Origin: Camelus dromedarius
Taxonomy: Eukaryota
Length of the DNA stretch: 64,000 nucleotides
Assembly: GCF_036321535.1 (NCBI RefSeq)
Contig: NC_087439.1
Coordinates: 93,310,001-93,374,000 of the forward strand
Direction of reading: 5' to 3'
Positions 12,099 through 23,699 of the stretch are shown piece after piece. The first letter of the stretch is position 1; each line of letters opens with the position of its first letter. Under the pieces are notes generated by a model. The model ran no database searches, was not told where the DNA came from, and saw nothing but the letters and a program-made list of their open reading frames with translations. Position numbers and translations under genes: made by a program.

Positions 12099-12230
12099 TC
12101 CTCCCTCCCCCACCTCCTTTATTTCTTCATTCCTTCCCTCCCTCTCTCCTTCCCTTCATTTTTCCATCTCCTTTTCTTCCCTTCTTCCATCCTTCCTTCC
12201 TCCCTTCTTTCCTTCCTTCCTTTTTTCCTT
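12099..12230. repeat. Polypyrimidine (TTCC/CT-rich) low-complexity tract
   Basis: ctccctcccccacctcc...ccttccttcctcccttctttccttccttcc, almost purine-free. Confidence 0.9.
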
Positions 12231-13464
12231 ACAATGGAAATGTAGAAACCCAAGAAATATTCCTTTAGGTGACCCAGCTACCAAAATTACCTTTGTACCA
12301 CCATGATTAGGTAGAAAATATATTCAAAATGAGTAAGGAAATTCCTGAGGTGATTTCCCGCAGGATGCTGGGGCATTTTCAGGGGCCGCTGGATTTCATC
12401 GCCTCTCCGGGTAGCGAGGAGGCTGGCCATTTTAATCCATACAGTAGTTATGTTGTCTCATCCATGTGCACTTCTGAGGGTGTGAGAACAAAATCTAGGG
12501 GTTCAAATAGAATGTGCGGTGTGTGACATAAGGCTTGGTGTTTACACTCAGTCCGTAAGTAGATCGGTGCCATCTGCTTGGACTATGAGCTCCTTGAAGA
12601 CACAAACTCTGCCTTAGACATCTGTATGTTCTTGGCACTCGATGTAGCCCCCGGCTCAGAAGACAATCACAAAGACGCTCACCTGCATTTAAGACAGATG
12701 GACATGCGGCTCCAGTTCAGGTCCAGCTCTCTGTGTGCCCTCGAGCAAAGCACACAACCTACACAAGGTCACTGCCTGTGACACCAAGGGATGCAGTTCG
12801 AACAGCTCCGTCATCACCTCCGAGGTCGCATACCATGCACAGCGCTGGACACAGTCAGAGTCATGACCATCTTCTTGGGATTGCTCGCTTCTGTCTAAGC
12901 GCTGGTGAAATTGCTGAAAATTCTCATGAATTAGTAGGATATTAGAATTTTGTTAACTGAAGTATTGAACGATCACTAAATGACTATTGTCCGTACTGCG
13001 TAGTGCTTTTTACAATCGTTCAGTAAATTCAAAAGGAAAGCCTGTAGGAGAAGTGAAATAGAAAAAACTCATTAAGTACATATCCAACAATACAGGGAGA
13101 TGTATTTTAAACCTCTCAAAAGTGTCCTCCAAAAGGCCTTTTCTAATTAATCCAGTGATTCTGAACACCGCTTTATAGACCCAACGGTGCTCAGACCAGG
13201 TTGTGCTTCAAAATTAACTGGGCAGCTTTTATCTTTTTTTAAAATACAATCCATGTGAGGTGTCAATTAACATACAGAGAATTTTGTGTGTGTGTGTGTT
13301 ATAAATCCTGAAAAATGTCCCTTCTTCTGGTTGCTTCAGCTCTGGGCCAGGGCACATGGTGGGCAAGCTGACCGTGGCCTGGATTTCAGCCTCCATCGGC
13401 TTCCTCCACCAGGTGCTCTTGTGCAGTGTGCAGACTTCACAACTGTGCATGCCATCCCTGTTCT

Positions 13465-13595
13465 TGACTTTCCCCACAGATTCTGATTCAGGGGGTTTAG
13501 ATGAAGCTGAATAGATAATTCTATTTGAATAGATAATTCTAGCAAGTTCCCCAGGCGAGTCTACTGCACTAGCATATTTGAGAATCACTGCTTTA
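13465..13595. mobile_element. hAT-Charlie MITE (MER5-like)
   Basis: ccccacagattctgattcagggggttt...agcaagttccccaggcgagtc...tttgagaatcactgc; contains an internal tandem duplication of gaatagataattcta (13509-13523, 13527-13541). Confidence 0.65.
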
Positions 13596-14924
13596 TGATA
13601 CATTTACTCGGCAATCATGTTTTCATACAGTGCATTTTTGCGCTTATTCACTGATGCTGCATTACAGCTCTCGAGTGGGTCCTACAGGTAAAAGAAGGTA
13701 AGTGTGGATTTTGGTTAAAGATGTGATTTAAAAATTCACTTCTGTGTTATGCAAAACTCCTCTTGAGTCATTGTTGCGGCTGAGAAGCAGCCACGTGGGT
13801 CTCATTGGAACCGGACTCTGACATGAGCTAAGCAGGCTCGATGAAGAAGGCTGGCATCAGCAATGCCCCCCAAGTCTGGGCACGTGTCCCCCCTGGGGAG
13901 GAGCCCCTCGACCCCAGTCAGCACAACTTCTGTGACACCCTGCTTTGCACCTGTCTCTCTGTGCCAGTGGTCACCTGGCGATAGATCAAATGCAGTCTCG
14001 TGAGCAGAAATCATCCCTGAAGACAGGAATACAGGATGTGCTTCTCTGCCTTTATGGATGTTGCCCTTAAAAGAAGATTCCAGGAAAAAGTGTGGAATGC
14101 CAGCCGCCAGGCCCTTGCCGCTCAGCGCCGCCCGCCGTGAGGCGCTGTGCAGACGCTGACCCGGCAGGAGTCCGGTGGTGGTGAGCGGCGGTGCGGTCCC
14201 AGGGGGCCTCCGTCAATAGCCAGGAATTAAAATGTCAGAGGTGAGAACTGAGTGAGTTCTGTTGCCCAAATGTTGCCAGAGACTCTGCACTTATAAAGAG
14301 AAGACGGATGCTGTGCGTCTATCCTTCAAGGAAGCGGGTGACTCATTGGTACTTCCCGGATGTCTCCCCAACAGGTGACCGAAGGTGCAGTCACACCTCA
14401 TGGCTGTCCTGTCCTCATCCCCCCTGAAGACGACAGTGACCCCATTATCTATATTAAATTTCACCTAGAAGGAAGTCTAGAAGTTGTCGTGGTAAATGGT
14501 TCCAATTTTTTTTCTACCCTCAGAATCTCGTATCACTTTCCCACAAAAGATGCTTTGAACACTCTTTTGAAACGAATTTTTACTTTACTTGGTAAATAGG
14601 TTTTTTTAATGTCAGTTGAAATCTCATTCCCTTTAAACCATGAAGCAATAGTCATTGGAATCAACAAAGTTAAAGATGCTAGATGCACGTGGACCACGTA
14701 CACAGCTGGACAAGGACTAAAGCCCACGGTTCTGCCCTGAGGCCGGGGGAGCAGCTGGCCGATGTCAGGTGTGTGCTGCTGAGTTAGGAATGAGCCCGCA
14801 GAGGATGGGCTGGGAGAGGGACACACCCCTGCCCCCTGCCACACGGCACGATAGATCCTTGGCTTTACCAATCAGATTGCACACCCAGCATTAAATCTGA
14901 AGTGTATTTTAAAAAAGCATGAAC

Positions 14925-15508
14925 TTTCCTCAGTAAGTTAAATATAGAATTACCAGTACTTCCACTTCTAGGTGTAGACCCAAGAGAAATAACACATGTC
15001 CACACAAAAACTTGTACATGAATGTTCATAGCAGCACTATTCACAATATCCAAATGGTACAAACAACATCAGTGTCCATCAGTTGATGAACACACAGACA
15101 AAAATGTGGCCCATCTGTACAGTGGAATATTATTCAGCCATGAAAAGGGATGAAGTACTGACACATGCCACACAGGGATGAAACTTGGGAGCATTATGCT
15201 CAGTGAAAGAAAGACGTCAGTCACAAAAACCATGTACTATGTGATGCCACTAATGAAATGTCCAGAATAGGCAAATACATAGAAACAGAAAGTAGACTGG
15301 TGGTTGCCAGGAGCTTGGGGGAGGAGGGATGAGAGTGATGGCTTAATGAACACAGGGTTTATTTGGGGGTGATGAAATGATATGGAGCTGGGTAACGGTG
15401 ATGGTTGGGAAACATTATAAATGTATTAAATGCTAATTAATGGTACACTTTAAATGCTTAACATGGTGAATTTTATGTCAAGTGAGTTTTATTACAAAAA
15501 AGAAAAAG
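14925..15508 (+). mobile_element. Old L1 (L1MA/MB-like) 3' end
   Basis: ccacttctaggtgtagacccaagagaaat...atgttcatagcagcactattcacaat...gtggaatattattcagccatgaaaagg...ggtgaattttatg, then an A-rich tail. Confidence 0.9.
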
Positions 15509-15889
15509 CAGTGATGCACAGGAACAAGGACAGTTGAGGCTTCTCCACGGCAGCCGTGGTGATGCTCCACAGAGGTGGACGTGGCGTCCGGTGGACCCTG
15601 GGCTGAAGGCTAGTCCTCTGCTGACTTTCGCAGCAGCCTTGATTCTTGCCCATTCTCCAAGTCTGGTTCTCTTCGACTTCCTTCTGATTCTTTGAGTCTT
15701 GATTGCTTCCTAGTAAATTCCTTTTCCGGGTAATATATTTGGAGATTATTTTTGTTATTTGCAACCAAGAACCCTGAATAACACCCCTGGGCATGGCACC
15801 ATGCTTTTTATTTTTTTTAAATAGTTGTAGAGACTCTAATTAGTCTGGAATCCATCTGTCAGTCTATCTGTCTGTAAATCTGCCCATTT

Positions 15890-16050
15890 AGCCCCCTTAC
15901 CTTCCTTCTTCCCTCCCTCCTTCTTTTCATCTGTCCATCCACCCATCTACCCATCCATCTGTCCATTCATTCATCCACCCATCCACCATTCATCTATCCT
16001 TTCCTTCATCCTTCCATCTATCCATCCACTCATCCATCTCATTTCTCCTC
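15890..16050. repeat. Degenerate (TCCA)n / pyrimidine-rich simple repeat
   Basis: ccatccacccatctacccatccatctgtccattcattcatccacccatcc. Confidence 0.85.
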
Positions 16051-16129
16051 TCTGAAGGACTGACAACGATCCTAACCAACTTGGTTATCATGTGACCCCA
16101 CACCTTCCTGCAAACCCTTGGTCATAACA

Positions 16130-16280
16130 TCTCATTATCACAATTACTCGTTTGGTCATCCATCTCTCCGGATAGGCTAGAGACCAAGTCTGTCTTAGTT
16201 TTTGCTTAAGCCTAGCACCTCGCAGAGTGTCCAGCACAAACTGATGCTCACTCAGTACTTGCTGAGTGAACCAATGATGG
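16130..16280 (+). mobile_element. L2 3' end
   Basis: gaccaagtctgtcttagt...cctagcacctcgcagagtgtccagcacaaactgatgctcactcagtacttgctgagtgaa. Confidence 0.6.
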
Positions 16281-16404
16281 GGTGACTGCATGGAGACTGG
16301 CCGTCCCCTGAGAGCTCCATGGTGCCCCACCGTGCACAGGGGTTGACACACATTGCCACAAAATTCTCTCTAGTTCCCTGCACTGAGTCAAAAAAAAATG
16401 AAAA

Positions 16405-16695
16405 TTTGTAGATCCTGACAGGCATATGCAGAACAGATAAACAAGATTATACTGTGTAGCACAGGGAAATACATACAAGATCTTGTGGTAGCTCACAGCA
16501 AAAAAAAAATGTGACAATGAATATATGTATGTTCATGTATAACTGAAAATTTGTGCTCTACACTGGAATTTGACACAACATTGTAAAATGATTATACCTC
16601 AATCAAAAATGTAAAAAACATGATAAAATAAATAAAATAAAATACAGGTTATATATAAAAAAGAAAAAAGAAAAAAAGAAAGAAAGAAAAGAAAA
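16405..16695 (+). mobile_element. Young camelid-type L1 3' end with long A-rich tail
   Basis: aaacaagattatactgtgtagcacagggaaatacatacaagatcttgtggtagctcacagc...tttgacacaacattgtaaaatgattatacctcaat, followed by an A-rich tail. Confidence 0.85.
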
Positions 16696-16744
16696 CTACA
16701 ACCCTGCATTGTTATTTAGAACCAAAAAGCATTTTCCTTTCATT

Positions 16745-16905
16745 TTCTCCAAGTATCATGGGACCAGTAGCCACAGCATCACCAGGGAAATTGTTAGGAT
16801 GCGAGTTTCCAGGGCCCACCCTCGACCTACTGAGTCAGGAAAGCTGGCGAAGGACCCGGCATCCTGTGTTTTAAGAAGCCCTCGAGTCTGAGAACCACTG
16901 CTTTA
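16745..16905. mobile_element. hAT-Charlie MITE (MER5A-like)
   Basis: cagcatcaccagggaaattgttaggatgcgagtttccagggcccaccctcgacctactgagtcag...tgttttaagaagccctcgagtctgagaaccactgc. Confidence 0.75.
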
Positions 16906-17129
16906 AGGCAATGATTCCTCATTCTGCAGGTTTATTGGGATCACACAGGAATTCTAAAAAGGAAAGACCCCTGGAGATTCTGGTGTGAGCCAGGACCAAG
17001 ACTCTCTGCTTTATGGTGATGAACTTTGGCCCATAGTTTGCACCTTGGTAGAGAAATTGCCAATACACAGCTGGATCACATTGTCAAAATGAGAATCACT
17101 GAATCAGGAGAGGACCTGAAAATTAACCT

Positions 17130-17200
17130 CCCACCCAATTTTCAGATGAGAAAACTGAGGCCCAGATATGTTAATTTAACAGTCTAAAGTCAGATTGCTT
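17130..17200 (-). mobile_element. MIR SINE core fragment
   Basis: ccaattttcagatgagaaaactgaggcccaga. Confidence 0.65.
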
Positions 17201-18479
17201 GTGTGTGACCCCAGGACTCTGGCCTCCCGGGCCAATACTGTCTTGTTGCAAGTTGATTCATTTCACCCCAAGCTGCTCTGAATCTCCCCCTTTGCCCTGT
17301 CTCTTGAGGACAGAAGATGCTTTCTGATTGGCTGTCACTAGGACCCCTGTGTTGGGTGGACCCCATTCCAGGGCATCCTCTGGCTACCTGAGCTGACCTT
17401 TCTGCATCCCTGAATCCCACATTTGGAACTCCTGGCTCCTTCTCATCTCACCTGCACATCCTGCTCAGGTCAACTTCCGTCCGGAGCTCTCAGCAGACCC
17501 TGTCCAATCCAGCTCATCCCGTTTGTCCTTCTTTGTTGTCATGTCAACTTTGTCACCACTTCCTAACATCTCTCAGCTTGCCCTTTCTGCTGCCAAACTA
17601 CCTCCTGGGACCAACTTTCTGTTTGTGTCTTTTCCTCCAGAGTCAAAACAAACACACCGGTGTCAGGCAGGCTGGGGTGCCCAGAAGTGGTGCACCTGTG
17701 ACATGATCCATAACACCTGAACCTGTAGAGATGACCTGGGCATTCCATGACTCCTCCCACAGCCCAACCCATCCCAGCACAGCTGAGCCGCTGCCTCCTC
17801 CCGGCACCTCGTTCACAGGTTTATGTCATAGAAATTCTCCATGCCTGTCTTCTGTAAATGTACTTTCTTCACCAAACATCCCCTGCTCCCCCACGGCTGC
17901 CCCATCCTCTCTCTCAGAGATGCTGTGCCTCTGTCCAGTCCCCTGCACGGCCACCATCTCCCATCTCTTCCATCAATAGCTTCTGACTGTCCTTTCCCCT
18001 CCTCTGGGACAGCACAGGAAGGGTCCTCTGGAGAAGCCTGCCAGATTCTATGTGCGGCGGGGCACCCTTACTCAGATTTCCTCTATGTCTAGTCCAGTAA
18101 CACTTATCTTACAGTAAACGAGCTTTTTCACCTCAGAACAACCATGATAATAACAAATCGTGACAGTTAATTGTTGTTCTCAAGTAATTCTTACCAAAAG
18201 CTGTGAGTGTCTTTCTCACAAAGATAAATTTTACATTATTGCAACATAAGGAACATGGAGCAGCTACTGAGTTTCAGGGGAAAATCTTATGCCTCCAAAT
18301 GGTGCCAGCTTGCTGTTTAATGTTGCTATTAAAGAGGAGAGAAACACCTGTCTTCAAGCCCTAAAACTAAACAGGGAGGTATGATTGGACGTCATTATTG
18401 TCAATCTCTTCAGTCCCAGGACAGGTTATAAAAAGTCTCAGAACAACTCGTGTAGCCTCCAGATCTCAGTTTCTAATAC

Positions 18480-18589
18480 CATTCTCCAACACCAGGATCC
18501 GGGCTCCTTGGAAAAGAGAATCTAAGACCAGGCAGGAAATATGCAAGATAAGCCTGAGTATTTTGTGGTGCCAGAGAGTAAAGACGTAC

Positions 18590-18620
<31 letters not shown>

Positions 18621-18970
18621 GACAAAAAAACCCATCACCACCAGCACCACCAAAAAACCAAACACTTATATCCAAGGGGCACAGGAACCAATTGAAAGGG
18701 CTTCCTGTAGCCAAAGCCGGAACAACTCAACAAGAAAATAAATAAAGCAGTTTTGAATTACAACCCGAAATATACAATAAATACCTGAGAATCCATACTG
18801 ATACAAATGATTGAATTAACACATAAATGGGGCAGAAGATACAAGTCTGTCTATAAGAATTCCTAAAATTATGTTGATAATTCGCCCGTAGTAAGGAAGT
18901 GCAACTCCCAGCAGCTTGACTGTGGGTGACACATGACGACATCCTTCAAACGGTACAGTGTGAAAGAGGC
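18480..18970 (+). mobile_element. Old L1 (L1MC-like) 3' region
   Basis: aaataaataaagcagttttgaattacaacccgaaatatacaataaatacctgagaatccatactgatacaaatgattg...catccttcaaacggtacagtgtgaaagagg. Confidence 0.65.
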
Positions 18971-19489
18971 AGCAGCTGCTGGTCGGGCTGCCAGCAGACG
19001 GGGCACCTGGGGAACCTGCCTTAAATATTTAGCGCTTATAGGTAGCAGAGGCAGGGTTCGTCTTTTTTTTTTTCTTTTAATCAGATCAGCCCTGTGGAAT
19101 GGTTTTGTCCGTTATGGCTGGAAGCTTGGTCTCCTCACAAGTCTGTAATCTATCTAACATCTCTTAAATGAGTCCCTCCTATTTAACTGGCTAAAGCCAT
19201 CTTCTGTTGCATTTCACTAAGAGCATCGATACATTCAGCAAAACTAAACGTGGGCACAGAAGGTGGAGTCCCGTACCTGAAGGAACAAAGAGCCCAGAAA
19301 TGAATATAAAGTACAGTGGCAATTGTATCCTGTTCTTGGCTATAGAAATAATTTGTGTGTCTGTGTTTTAAAAGGGGATGAAATAGAAAGTTTTAAGGAC
19401 AATAATGAGTGTGGGGTTTTTTAATGGGTAAAAGTATGATAAAATTCTTTCCGTACTTTGAATAGGATGTAGTGTATTACTATAGAACT

Positions 19490-20885
19490 TGCTAGAAAAA
19501 ACCTTACAGTTAGGTTAAAACTTTATTGGCAATCACTAGATTAATGAAAATACAACCTATGGCTCACCAACAGAGAAAAAAAAGGAGAAAAATGAATATA
19601 GAAAATGTCATTAATCCAATAAAAGGAAGGAAAAGACAAAAAAAAAAAGAAAACAGAAAAGATAAGTAGGAAAGATGATAAATAGAAAATAAACATAGGA
19701 TGGGAGAAATTAATCCAGATACATCATAATATCAGTAAGTATAAATGGATTATACTTGCCATTTAAAAGATAGAGATTATGAGGTAAAATATTTTAAAAT
19801 ATGGCTAATGCCACTTAAAAGAAACACAAGGAAACAAAACTGCATGAAGGTTTAAATAAAAAGATAGGGAGAGGATTACCTTACAAATGTTGAGCAAAAA
19901 AGTTAATATTAATATTAGATGAGAGAATTTAAGATAAATAGCATTAGTAGGGATAAAGAAGGACCTATGTATTTCTAAGCATATTATTCTATATCACTAA
20001 AAGGAACAACCCAAGCAGAAGAATCACATATTTGTATGCCTTAACCATACTGCCCCCAAATACACTGAATTTTATATGAGAGAGATATCAACATTTGTGT
20101 ATTAGAAACTGGCTTTTCAAATATATAGTACAAAAATTAGAACCAGTCAAATTAAAATGAGAAGAATTTATATAAAATCTCCCATCACTCCAAAATATAG
20201 AATTCTTTTCAAGAACATAACTAAAATTATATAGACTTGATCATGCATTAAATCACAAAGAAATTTTCAATAAATTTCAGAGAACCAATAAAATGCAAAC
20301 CATAGTTGCTAAGCATAAGGCAATTAAACTGGAAATTAACAATAAAAAATATGTTTTAGGCAATTTTTTTCCTCTCCAGATATGGAGACATTTACATTTA
20401 TTAATAACTCATAGGTTATGAAGAAATTCACAATGAAAATTACAGAGTATCTAAAACTGAACAGCATGAAAATACTATATATTTCAAAACTGAAAGGATA
20501 TAGCTGTTGATACTTGGGGTTTAAATTATAACCTTAATGCTTTTATTAAAAATAGCATTCTTAAACAAATGAGTTTTGTTTCAAGATAGAAGAAAAGGCA
20601 CTCAAGCCTAAAGAAACAAAAAGGAAATAAAAGCATAAAAGCAAATATTAATAAAGTGAAAAATAAAGAGAATCAACAGAATCAAAAGCCAATTCATTAA
20701 AAAATCAATAAAATAATAATGATCATAAAAAAGGAAAAAAGAGAGACAAAAACAATACAAGGAATAGAAACGGGACTAGGATGGTGGTGTGGTGGAGTTA
20801 CTCAAAAGCTAAGAGACTGCGACATGCAACTTTACGCCAACAGATTTGAAAACAGTAAAAATGGAAACATTTCTAAAAATATATA
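19490..20885 (+). mobile_element. Ancient L1 (L1ME-like) ORF2 5' part (endonuclease region), degenerate
   Basis: Strongly A-rich; aatccagatacatcataatatcagtaagtataaatggattatacttgccatttaaaagatagagat; 3' end resembles ANKF.NL.EMD.FL. Confidence 0.8.
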
Positions 20886-20964
20886 ATGAAAGTGTAGGAC
20901 TCGGGACACATTCCATAGTGTCATATTGCAAAGTAAAATCCACAAAAAACAAAACACCGAAAGG

Positions 20965-21115
20965 AAGGCACGTGGTCCCTGACCTCTGGGAGCAGCCGAC
21001 GGCGGGGCGGGGGCCGGCGGCTGACGCTACCGAGCGCGCGGAAGCTTTCTGTCCGGCGAGGGCCCTGCTCCGGCCAGTCGAGCTCCGAGTGGAGCAGGAG
21101 CGAGAGCCGTCAGGC

Positions 21116-21182
<67 letters not shown>

Positions 21183-21360
21183 CAGAGGCGGCCTGGGGGA
21201 GGGCAGGATCCTGGGGGAGGCAGGACAGCTGGACCAGAGCGTTGGGGAAGGCACCCGGTCACTTGGGGAGCGTGCCTGGCTCCCGCCGCTCGCCCCCAGC
21301 ACCAGGGAGTGAGGCTTCAAGCCCTCGGGAGACCAGCTTCCAGCAAAACCCTTCCCCGTG
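20965..21360. promoter_or_regulatory. CpG mini-island embedded in an old L1
   Basis: 20 CpG counted in 20991-21120; GC box ggcggggcgg and ETS-like gcggaag. Confidence 0.5.
21121..21180. repeat. (TG)30 microsatellite
   Basis: 60 bp perfect TG run preceded by gcgtgcg. Confidence 0.98.
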
Positions 21361-21369
21361 AAGGGAGTG

Positions 21370-21590
21370 TTATTTCACTGACTTTTTAATGAATTGGCCT
21401 TTGATCTTATTGAGTCTCTTGATTGTTTCTTTATTTTTCATTTCACTGATACTTTTGTGTTTTTATTTCTTTTTTGTTTCTTTAGGGGTTTTTTTTATTT
21501 CTTTTTTGTTTCTTTAGGTTTGTCTGTTGTTCTGCATCTTGGGCTTCTGAGGCAACCCTGTTTGTTTCTCTTCTGTTTCTAGCACCAATT
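21370..21590 (-). mobile_element. Antisense L1 ORF2 fragment homologous to 20590-20715
   Basis: Perfect reverse-complement blocks with the upstream L1: 21383-21398/20688-20703, 21428-21440/20657-20669, 21471-21486 and 21503-21518/20607-20622. Confidence 0.8.
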
Positions 21591-21591
21591 C

Positions 21592-22370
21592 AGAAAGAAA
21601 TGGGAATTCTTATTAAAATAAAACACATTAAAAACAAGAAATTGTTTGATGATCGGATTCCTGTTTGAAAAGCAGCAGGATTGGGTGGTTTAATGGTACA
21701 TTTTTCCATACTTTCCCAAAAAATACCTATTTTCAATAACTGTTTAAGAGACTGAAAAAAGAAAGAAATTCTCCAAATTCACTTGAAACATTTAGCACAT
21801 ACCCTTTTCACCAGCTGGACCAGGGGAGGAGAAGAAAAGGAAAAGATGGCCCCGCCTTATTTATGAAGGTACATGTGCTCATCGTAAACAACCCTGTATT
21901 GAAAAAAAAAAACAAACATGATGCAGGTTTGTTCCAGGAATGCTTATTTCAAAAGCAGAAAATATATTATTGTAGGATGCCACATTGAAAGAATAATAAG
22001 AAAGCAAAGAAAAATCTCAATAGACGCAGCTAGGACAGGCACAGAATTCAACACCAGTTTACGATGTGAAAACTCTCATGGAATTGGGAACAAGAAGGAA
22101 CTTTACAGGCCTCTAGCGTGCACTAACCCTAATGGAGCTGAACTGGAATGAATCCTAACTAACCCTTAGGATTGTCTCTAGAAGTATTAGCACTGAAATC
22201 AAGAACAAAGGAAGGATATAACCTTTATTATCACAACCACTCAAAAATGTATTCTGGTTTGTAGCTAAAGAAACAAGAAAAAGAAAAGAAATAGTAAGCA
22301 TAGGGATTGGAAAGGAAGGAACTTCATCCTTATTTGCATATATGAGAGTCGTTTATAAAAAAAAACTCTT
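21592..22370 (+). mobile_element. Continuation of the ancient L1 ORF2 (into the RT region), degenerate
   Basis: aaaagcagcaggattgggtggtttaatggtacatttttccatac (KSPGPDGF.GEFYQ-like); catgatgcaggtttgttccaggaatgc (HDQVGFIPGMQ-like). Confidence 0.75.
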
Positions 22371-23239
22371 AAGAGAAGGCGCCAACAAGCCGTGGAAGTG
22401 AATAGGAGAGTCTGACAGGCTTGCAGGACAATCAGCGTTTGAAAGGCAGTAGCATTCCTGTTCCAGTCGCAGAGTTAGGATGTGTGCTAGGAAACCTCCA
22501 GAGCTCTGCTTCTGGCCCCGGGAAGACGTGGTCCGCATGACCCTCCTGCCGGAGGCAGCTCACGACCCGGACGAGGTAAGGAGCACGGTGGTCAGTAGGA
22601 ACGCGGCCCTAAAGAAGGGCCGCCACTGGGTGAGCGTCAGCCCTCAGGCTTCCTCCTCGGCGTGTGGGCCACGGAGCGGGGGCGGGAGCAGAATCGGACA
22701 CCGGCTGAGCGGAGGGGACGTGAGACTGGGGCTCACAGAATACCCGGGAGCGGGGAGCCACCTAGTCACGAGGTATGGAAATCTGCCTCGGGGTCCCCTT
22801 GGGTCTTTGGCTGAAAAATCAAACTATATGTTTATCGGTTGAAACTCCATAAGGCTTGATGAGAACAATTTCTGAAAAACAGAACAATTTCCAAACAGTG
22901 ATTTAAATAAAAAATGACTCCCAGAGCTTACATGGGGCCTGGGGCCATTCAAGTTTTCTTGAGCCAGAGTCAAGAGACTTCGCTGAACTCATGGGGCATT
23001 CAGCAGAGACAGAAAGACAGAAATAAGACAGAAAAGCTGCCAGAGTCCTGTGTTCCCAGGAAGGCTCAAGGGAAATATGAGTCATCAATCCAGTAAGAAA
23101 TGTGCTGGCAGGAGGGGTACCAGGGACACGTAGAAGCACAGAAGTAATTGTCCTCCGTTGGCCAATGTGGATTGCAGGAGATGCCACCAGCCCTGGGCCT
23201 GCTGACAGCAGTGGGAGTGACAGGAACCCAAAACAACCA

Positions 23240-23540
23240 AGCAGGAGGCAGCACCCCATCACCAGAAGCCGGGTGGATTAAATTATCATGACTGGCAAGC
23301 TTGAAAGGGTAGCCAGAGGGGTGTGACTGGCAGAAAACTATGGAGATATTTATTTGAACATGGCTTCCCAAGGGGAAAATAACTGGGCAGCCAGCAAGGG
23401 TGACAGCAATTTGTGCGAACAGAAGACTCGAGAATGACAATCAGGAGGCTGGAGGAAGTCACTGTCATGAAGTCACGTTCTTTACCCAGGACAGTTCCCG
23501 GTTTTGGGAACCAGAACTCAGGGACTGAGGGGGAAGTTGG
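23240..23540 (+). mobile_element. ERVL-class internal (gag C-terminal) remnant
   Basis: Translation AAPHHQKPGGLNYHDWQA*KGSQRGVTGRKLWRYLFEHGFPRGK resembles recalled ERVL Gag (AALN.QRQGG...LTRRDLW.WLI.HGVPR); contains a stop and a frameshift. Confidence 0.6.
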
Positions 23541-23569
23541 AATTTTCACAACAGTCCTGTGAGATGAGT

Positions 23570-23660
23570 ACTTTGGTTGCCCCCTTTTTACTGATGAGGA
23601 AACTGAGGCACGTTGAAATTAATTTGCCTGAGAATCCCACAGCTAGGAAGTGGCGTAGCC
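23570..23660 (-). mobile_element. MIR SINE fragment
   Basis: tttttactgatgaggaaactgaggcacg...ttgcctgagaatcccacagctaggaagtggc. Confidence 0.7.
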
Positions 23661-23699
23661 AGCACATGCTGTGAGCACGAGCGTGTGATGCTCACACAA

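Noticed and set aside
20846-21389. ORFs containing CVCVCV or THTHTH runs
   Set aside because: Translation artefacts of the (TG)30 microsatellite
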